A stretch of DNA of 63,530 nucleotides, the filler included. It is 10 parts of 10 records of this genome, joined end to end, with 100 filler letters (N's around TTAATTAATTAA, not from the genome) between each part and the next. Parts side by side here need not be neighbours in the genome. Positions count along the whole stretch, not along the records: positions 53,128 to 58,089 come from SRR7504441_3335; positions 58,190 to 63,530 come from SRR7504441_3345; 8 more parts are not named here. The stretch is one strand, 5' to 3'. The notes under the pieces are model-generated. The model saw only the letters and a program-made list of their open reading frames with translations. It did no database searches and had not been told where the DNA came from. This document shows positions 55,792 to 63,530 of this stretch, piece after piece. Both the position numbers and the translations under genes were made by a program. The first letter of the stretch is position 1. Each line of letters starts with the position of its first letter.

Positions 55792-57492
55792 ATGCTCCGA
55801 TCCACGACGACCTGGCTGCTCTTGCTGGGGGCGGCGGCCGCTGTTGAGGTGCCCGAGCTGGACGGTCAGAGTTTCGACGCGTACCTGGAGGAGCACCCGA
55901 TGTTCATGACCATGTTCTACGCCCCGTGGTGCGGGCATTGCCGCCAATTCGGCCCCGAGTACGAGAAGGCGGCGGCCGCCCTGAGCGAGAGCCAGATCCA
56001 CCTGGTCAAGGCAGCCGCGTCGGCCCCGGGCCCGGCTTAGCCGCCGGCAGGTGGATGCCTCGGACAAGAAGAACATGCAGCTGGTCGAGAAGTGGGCCAG
56101 GGCCTGGGGGGCGGCTCACGGTTCGGCGGCAGGTTCGAGGTCCAAGGCTTCCCGTCGCTCAAGCTGATCCGGTGACCGCCCGGCCGGCCCGGGGCCCACC
56201 TGGCCGGGCAGCAACGGCAAAGGCACCAACTACGGCGGGGAGCGCACCGCCCAGTCGATCATTCAGTGCGCGGCCGGCCGGCGGGCGCGAGCCGGGCGCA
56301 GATACATGCTCAAGCGGGCCGGGCCGGCGGTGGCTCAGCTGCAGAGCCACGAGGAGGTGCCCGGCGGGCTGCGGGCCGGCCGATGCTGCGGGCAGCTGGA
56401 GGCGTTCAAGACTGAGCATCCTGCTGCGCTGATAGGCTTCTTTGAGGACCAGCAGTCTGCCGGGTTCCAGGCGGGGACCCCCAGCCCAGGGCCCGGATGA
56501 GCCGGCGGCAGGCGTTCGATGCGGCGGCGGTGCTGGTTGAGACGGTGGGGTTTGCTAATGTGGCCGATGCCGGGCTGCGGGATGCGCTCGAGGGCGAGCC
56601 GAACGGTGCAGTGATGCTCAAACAGTTCGACGAGCCTCTCACAAAGTACACCGGCGGGCTCAAGACCGAGGCGATCGCAGACTGGACCAGGCTGCAGGCG
56701 CTCCCAAAGCTGATCTCGTTCAACGAGAAGACTGCGCCGCAGATATTCGGTTGGCGCTAGGCTGTAGGAGCGTGCTGAGTGTGCGGGGCAGCGAGTGCCA
56801 TAAAGCTGCACCTGCTCGGATTCTACGACCGGGCGACCGAGCCTGAGCTGGGCAAGACGATGCTGGCGCTGGCAGACAAGTGGCGCGGCAAGCTGCTGTT
56901 CATCCACATCGGACCGTCGGAGGAGCAAATCTTTGCTTACTTTGGTGTTGCCAAGAAGAACACCCCGAGCGTCAGGATCGTCGACCTCTCGCAGGAGAAT
57001 ATGCGCAAGTATACCTTCGAGGGCAAGGAGCTGTCCCAGCCGCTGATCGAGCAGTTCGTCTCGAAGTTCCTGGAGGGCAAGCTTGAGCCAACTCTCCGAT
57101 CCGAGGAGCCGCCAAGGCAGCAGGAGGGCGACGTGCGAGTGGTGGTGCAGAAGACGTTCGAGCGGGAGGTAATCCAACCGGACAAGGACGTGCTGGTCCA
57201 GTTCTACGCCCCCTGGTGCAACCACTGCAAGGCGCTCAAGCCGGAGTACGAGGCACTCGCAAGTGAGCTCAAGGAGGTCAGCACACTCACGCTGGCAAAG
57301 ATCGATGCCGAGAAGAACGAGATGCCGCACGTCAAGATTGAAGGATTCCCCACGATCAAGCTGTGGCCAGCCGGCAAGAAGGAGGGCGAGGGGATCGCGT
57401 TTGAGGGCGACCGGAACAAGGCCGGGCTGCTTGCTTTCATCAAGGAGCACGCTACGCACAAGTGGTGGGAGCAAAAGCATGACGACTTGTAG
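55792..57492 (+). CDS. PDI: Protein disulfide isomerase (a-b-b'-a'), 7 introns
   Basis: Signal peptide, FYAPWCGHC and FYAPWCNHC, GFPT/GFPS, C-terminal HDDL. Confidence 0.95.
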
Positions 57493-57682
57493 GCCCCCGG
57501 CCATTCAGCTGCTTAGGGAGGGCCTTAGGGTAGATTGCAATCTCTGTGCGAAAGCAATATACATTATCGTGGCAACCGATTTAAATACGAACACAAGTGC
57601 GCACTTGCAAGCGATTAATCTACTACTTGATAGTACTTATAGTATATGGAATTGTCGCAAAGTCCTATAGGACTCCAGGGCA

Positions 57683-58089
57683 TTAGTCTTTCGCTTCGGT
57701 GACACCCCTAATCTGAATTTGATCGGGCGATATGCCCAGCGAGTTGGCCACATCTTGAGCAAATGTAGCCTCCATGTTTGCCCGCTCAGGCGATCCCGGC
57801 GCAAATTGGCTGAAGTCGAGGTCAAGCTTCATGGAAGCAGTGGCGCTGCTAGCCCCATGCGGCAGGCCGAATGCCTTGTGCGCCGCCTCTCTTACCGCCA
57901 GCAGCTCAATCATCTGGACCGCCAGCGGGCTGACCCGCTCACCAAGCTGTGAGCACACCCCGCGGATCTCAGACACCTGCATCTGCATCGACCGAGCTGC
58001 TTTCTGGATTGCAAGTCCAGCTGCAGCATTCAGCGCCCACCGGCTTACCGCCGCCCGAAACTGCTGCTCCCACAGCAACCAGCCTGTCT
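57683..58089 (-). CDS. 3' end of a hypothetical protein
   Basis: Open frame from the contig edge ending LDLDFSQF...DVANSLGISPDQIQIRGV. Confidence 0.45.
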
Positions 58090-58189
58090 NNNNNNNNNNN
58101 NNNNNNNNNNNNNNNNNNNNNNNNNNNNNNNNNTTAATTAATTAANNNNNNNNNNNNNNNNNNNNNNNNNNNNNNNNNNNNNNNNNNNN

Positions 58190-60768
58190 GCTGCTCAGCT
58201 GCCTCAAGCTCCTGCATCAGCGCCGTAGCCGCAGCCTGCTGCTTTTGCTCTTTGTATGCCCAAGCGTGCTTTAGCCTGGATGAGTAGACATGTTCTAGCT
58301 GCTCTGTCAGTGCTGCCACCTTCGCTTCCAGCATTTGCCTCTCCGCCTCAAAGGCAGGTGCGCTGTGCTCGCTCACATCCTGGCTGTTCTGTGCGAAAGC
58401 CAGCTGAGCAATTCCTGCTGTCCAGAGATCTACCGTCTCATCGCTTGGTGCAAATTTAGACCGAACAACTGGCTCCTTAGCTTCGGGCAGCACTGACAGC
58501 ACCTTCTTGTCCACTACGGCGACTTGGCCCTGTGCAACAGGCGGCCGAATCTTCGAGGAGATTTCGATTTCGGAGTCCTCCGGCTCCTCCTCAACAGCTG
58601 GCCGCTTCTTGTTCGAGATTTCAATTTCAGAGTCCTCGTGGAGTTGTTCAAATGCACTGTTGCGCTCACGAATGGCCGTCTCGAGCGCAGCCTGATGCTT
58701 AGCATTCTGCTGCTTGAGCTCGGACTCGAGAGATTCGATGGTCTCCTTGAGACTTTGAATCTCGCTGTTGAAAACTGAAGACACGCCCTCATCGTCGATC
58801 CCATTCTTCATCATCTCCATCAGGCTCGTGTTCTGCTCCTCGAGGAAGCGGATCCTGGCCTCACTCCTCGTATCGCCGGCACTCCCAATCGCCTCCATTG
58901 CCCACGAGATATCCGCAGTCTCATCCGCCTCCACACCCTCGAGCTGGGCAGACAGACAGTCCCGCTCCCGCCAGGCTTCATCCCGCTCGGCTTCAACCTC
59001 CGTAAGCCCATGGAGCAGCTCTTGGTTGCTCCGTCGCATCTCCTCCATCGAGCGCTCCAGTTCCTACCGCACTATCAGCCCCGAGACCGCCCGCCGCCCG
59101 CACCCTAAGGCTCGACTCCCTCTCATGCAGCATGGTCTCGCCCATCCTGATTGAAGCCTTGAGCGCCTCTATCTGATCCTCGGCCTGGCTGTCCTCGGGC
59201 TTGTCTATCTTCACCAGCATCTGGACTAGTTCCGAGATTCGGGCGTCTTTGACCGAGCATTCCTCTTCGACCTTCTTGAGTTTGGCTTGGACAGCCTCAT
59301 ATTCTTTCATGGGCACCTACAGCCATCCGGCATCAGCCGGCTCCGCCAGGGGCGGAGCACCTTGGACTCCTTGACCTCATTCACGTGAGCATATTGCACA
59401 ATGTTCTTGGCTCGGGCCGCGAACTCCAATGTGGAAAGAGTCTCGTTGTAGTGGAGTGAGGCCGGCGTGACTGTGCAGATCATTGCAGTCCTGGTATTGC
59501 CCCCGAGCGACGGCTTGAGGATGTGGGTCAGCTTACACTCGCGGTAAGGCACATGCGAGCCCTGCCCCCGCAGTCAACACCCGGCACTGCATGCCAGTGA
59601 TCACCCCCGCAGTGCTCAGCGCATTGATCACTCGGCCCAACACGAGCAGACTCTTGTTTATGAACCCTGCTTGCACTTTCCGCTCTCCAACCGCCTGCGT
59701 CACACTCACTACCCGCTCCATAGAGCAAGTGGCGGGCGACAAGGCGGTGGGAGTGCAGCAAGCGCGCCGATGGGCATTCAACTGACCTTCGTGGTGGCAA
59801 TTCGTTCGGAGCCGGCCAAGTCAACTAGACTCAGTGTGGACCTGAGGGTCGGGGCGCATGGATCGCTCCTGTCCTGGGCTCAAGCTCGGGCCCGGCCACC
59901 GGCGCACCGGACACGTGAGATGAACTCCAGAACGAAAATCGAATGCGAGCGAGAACTAGTCCTGTTCATCTGGGTCTCACCAACCTGGCTTGCCCCGTGA
60001 GGCCAGCCCGCCAGCGGGAGCTGACCTGCCGGTTGGCCAGACCCTGCTGCAGCACAGCCACCACAGCATCGAAATCGTTGCACTCGATCTGGCGCACACC
60101 GGCCACGTAGATCCGGCCGCTGGTATCCTCACGAATTTTGAGACCGTCGTGGCTGCACTCAGGGCTCGCACGCGGCGGGCGGGCGGGGCGCGCCTGGCCC
60201 CAGTGAGCAAGTCGTTGATAACTTCGTTGTAAATCTCCATAAACGACACCGAAACCTGCCCCGCCAGCTCGCAGCCCGCCGCAGCCGGCGCCCGCCTTGA
60301 ACTCGATGTCCGGATGCCGCTGGATGTGTTTGAACGCGTCCTTCACCGCAAACTGGACGATCCCATCGGCCTGCTCGGTCCCGGTCATCGTGTACGTCTT
60401 ACCACTAGAGGTCTGCCAGCGGTCAGTCAGCCGCCGGCCCCCGGGCGGGCTACTTGGCCGTAGCAGAACAGCGTGCCGTTGATCCCCTTGAGTACCGAGC
60501 TGACCAGCTCCCGGCCCACCGCCGCATATACGTTGTCCGTCTGAACCTCAGGCCCGAAGACGTGGTCTGCCCCCGCCGATCGGCCCCTGGGGCCGAAACC
60601 GGCCCAACCGTAGGTGTACGAGACCCCTGCCTCGGCGCTGGCCAGGGTAGAGATGTTGTCCCCGCTGGGACATTTCCAGGCCTCTCCGCCACCCTCCCGG
60701 GTCTCCCGCTCGTTCAGCCCGCGCATGCGCACCGCCACCTTGATGTTCTCTGCCCCGCTCGCCGGCAT
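58190..60768 (-). CDS. N-terminal-motor kinesin (kinesin-7/CENP-E-like), 3'-partial, about 10 introns
   Basis: [65 protein letters not shown]; coiled-coil stalk. Confidence 0.9.
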
Positions 60769-61147
60769 GGTGACGAGGCGGTTTGTTTTCGTAAATTGTA
60801 CGGTTAGTCCGTTGAAAAGAAAAGAAATTGGTTTCGAGCATGGAGCTCGCCGGGCTCCGGCTGGCCCTGGCGCTCGCCCGGTGCGCGCCCGGCAGCTAAC
60901 GGCTCTCACCCGGGGCAGCCCGTCGGGCCACCTCGCGCAGTGCCGGGCTCTGCACAGCTGGAGGGCCCGTTGGCAGCTCGGACTCCAGCCCGCCCGGGTA
61001 CCCCGCCCCCGCCCGCGCCGGCTCACCATCCGCCGTCCAGCTCTCCCCGGAGCGGCTGGTCATTGCGCGCGTCGAGATGCGCGCCTTCGCTGGGCGACAG
61101 GTGCGCCCCCTTCCTCGCCGGCCGCATCGTCGGGATAGGTCGCAGCG

Positions 61148-61771
61148 ATGAGGACGGCCGCCACATTGATCCAGTGGACCGCCCTCTGCATGGCCGCTGC
61201 CCTGGTGCCGGGCGCCGATCTGGCGGCCCGCCAGCAGGCGGCAGGCCGGGTGGCGGGAGCTAGTGCTGGTGCGCCGGGGCGAGCGCGCGGCCGCGGGCGA
61301 GTGGCCACCGGCCGGTCGTGGGGTGACCGGCGGGCGCAGGGGAGAGAATGCGTGCCGATCAGCGGCTGGGACTGCAGCGGGCGCTGAGTGCCGTCGACCG
61401 AGCCCCACTGTCGGTCCAACAGGCGATGGCGCTGTGGCGGCAGGGCCGTCGGGTGGCCGGTGGTCGCGCCGGCGAGGTGGAAGCGTGTACTGCGGGCCTC
61501 CTTGCGGCAGTGCAGGGGATCCGCATAGGTGCGGCCGGGCTGGTGCGAAGGGCTGACATGTCTCAGGCGCGGATATGGATCTCGAGTCGCTGCAGCTAAT
61601 CGATCCATGGGAAGCAGCCCAAACCGCGATGCGAGGGTGTGGGGCTGACGAGGCGACACGGGCCCGAGCGGGGGGGTCAGGCTGAGTAGCAAGTCGGATC
61701 GCGGAAACTGGCTCAGGAATGTGCTGGTCCGATCGCTGTGTGAGGCGACCAACGGCGGCACGGTGGCTTGA
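61148..61771 (+). CDS. Small hypothetical protein with possible signal peptide, spliced; end uncertain
   Basis: Hydrophobic N-terminus, GT..GCAG intron-like segments, AT-rich spacer downstream. Confidence 0.25.
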
Positions 61772-62115
61772 CAGCGGCATGTTGCTCGATCATGTGTAGG
61801 TACGCAATCCATCGATCGATCCGATCGCGAGCGACGTCATTGAATAAACACGGAATAAAAGCCAGTTTCAACTTTACTTTGAAATCTTCATCAATCCGGT
61901 TGAAAACGATATGAATCTTGAGTAGAATTCTGAAAAAGTACCATGAGGCCCGCTAGTCGATCGCGAAGTAGATCGCGAACTTCGGAACTTGTTCACTGTG
62001 GCCACCAGTCACCAGACCTCACCTCAGAGTCCCTCTCTCAGAGATCGGTAGAAAATTCGGCCGGAACGGACGGTACAAAATTCTCAGCTGGCGCCAGAGC
62101 ACGGGCTGGGTAACA

Positions 62116-63530
62116 ATGGTGGAACCAGGACCCCGGCGCGGCGAGAGCCCGGCTGAACGGCGGGCCCGGCAGCGCGAGGTGCCCGCCCCGGGCCTCCCCC
62201 ATCAACCCGGCGGCAGGTCCGCGCGGCGGTGCTCAAGGCCTCTACGGACGAGGATCAGATCCGGGACCGGATGGAGCGAAGGAAGAGGATCGGGTCGGAG
62301 CAGCCCAAGGCCTCCCCGCTCGACCAACTCAAAGCATTGACCGCTGGCGCGCCCGCGGAGGGCCGCAAGCAGACCCCGCAGGACATATGCGATGACAGGG
62401 AGGCGGTCACTGCAATGAACACCCTCCTGAACGCTATGAACCAGCCCGGTGCCCCCACCCGGACGCCCCCCCCCCCCGAGCCGGGGCAGGCTCGCTGGAC
62501 GACCAGCCGGCGGCCGAGCCTAAACTAGACCCGGGGCCGTCCAGCCGACGCGTGAGCTTCAGCGCAGAGCCCGATGAGTTCAAGGTGTGCGAGTCAGGGG
62601 GAAGCGGCGTCTGACCGGCAGTGCAGGAGTTTCGGCCGCAGAGCCCGCCGAGCTTCGTGGCGCCGGAGCATACGGATCTGTGGCAGGAGTTCCAGCAGAG
62701 CCGGAGCACAAGTCAACCTGAGCCGGAGCCGGAGCCGGAGCAGGCGCGCCGCTGAGTGCGAATGGGGTGAGCAGCTGGGCAGATTGAGACGACAGAGCAA
62801 TGGATGAAAGATACGACGGAGCTGCTCGATTTGATGAACGAGACCATACACTCCGCCCAGGGTGAAAAGGCGGGGGCTGCGGCCGCTGACACGGCTGGCC
62901 AGATGAGTTAGTCCAGATCGCCGCAGCGGCGACCCCGAGCCCTAACGCCGAGGTGGAAGCGCTCGAGGCTCTGCTCCAGCGCCGGCAAGACGCTGTCAGG
63001 CCGTCCACCGCACCACAGCTGCACCGCCGGGGGAGCAAGCCGGTCAGGCCGGCGCTATCTCCGCAACGGGCTGCCAGCCCCAGGAGTGCTGCGGGCCAAG
63101 TGAAGCCATGGCGGGAATCTATCGAGAACTCGACGCTACAGGCCGCGGCAATGGCGAAACAGATCAAAGCGGAGCGCGCTGCCAAGGCGGCCACACAGAT
63201 GGATGAGGAGGCCTGCGCAGCCGTTCTGAGCAGGGAGGCGGCGAAAAGGCCTGCACAGAGGCCACAGTCAGCGGCGAGCGTGAGGAGGAGGGGCCGAGAT
63301 GAGGACACCGTCAGGCAGGTGGGGGCAGCAGCCAAAAAGATAAAGGAGGAGCGGGCAGCCAAGGCAGCTTCCTGCTCTAAGAAGAAGCAAGAGGATGGCA
63401 GTGCAGCAGCCTGTACTGGTTCAAAGCAGACAGAGGCTGGCTACTCGGAGTTACGCTTGGTACACGAAAAGCTAGCCAGCGAGGCTTACGCCAAGAGGAA
63501 GATGCAAGGGGCTGAGGAGGCAACGTCGGC
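62116..63530 (+). CDS. Hypothetical low-complexity/coiled-coil protein, 3'-partial, spliced
   Basis: ATG 62116 downstream of AACGGAC; several ~40-nt GT-AG introns; long A/K/E-rich open frame running to the window end. Confidence 0.45.

Overview
Not one locus: ten short contigs (3.5-9 kb) of a compact, GC-rich eukaryotic (protist-like) genome, joined by nine identical artificial 100-nt linkers (44N-TTAATTAATTAA-44N). About 35 genes or gene fragments are visible, including Rpn3/PSMD3, prefoldin 6, FANCD2, CEP162-like, a SMYD methyltransferase, TDP2-like, DLST, PheRS-alpha, PDI, a kinesin, an SLC13 transporter and a tRNA 3' end. All product calls come from motif recognition by eye, not from database searches. 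The most striking signal is the intron system: mostly 36-50 nt introns with many GC donors lacking the usual compensating consensus, no polypyrimidine tract, often a lone adenine 11-15 nt before the 3' end, and frequent hairpins. Other observations are a recurrent AACGG(A)C (Myb/MSA-like) motif next to start codons, a TACATGTA palindrome downstream of genes, very short bidirectional promoters, a candidate structured ncRNA near 44.7 kb, and unusual domain fusions (Dpy-30-like + PheRS-alpha; SAP + EF-hand + RPA-binding + GRF; NUMOD1/HTH + Tudor + LysM + 2xBRK).
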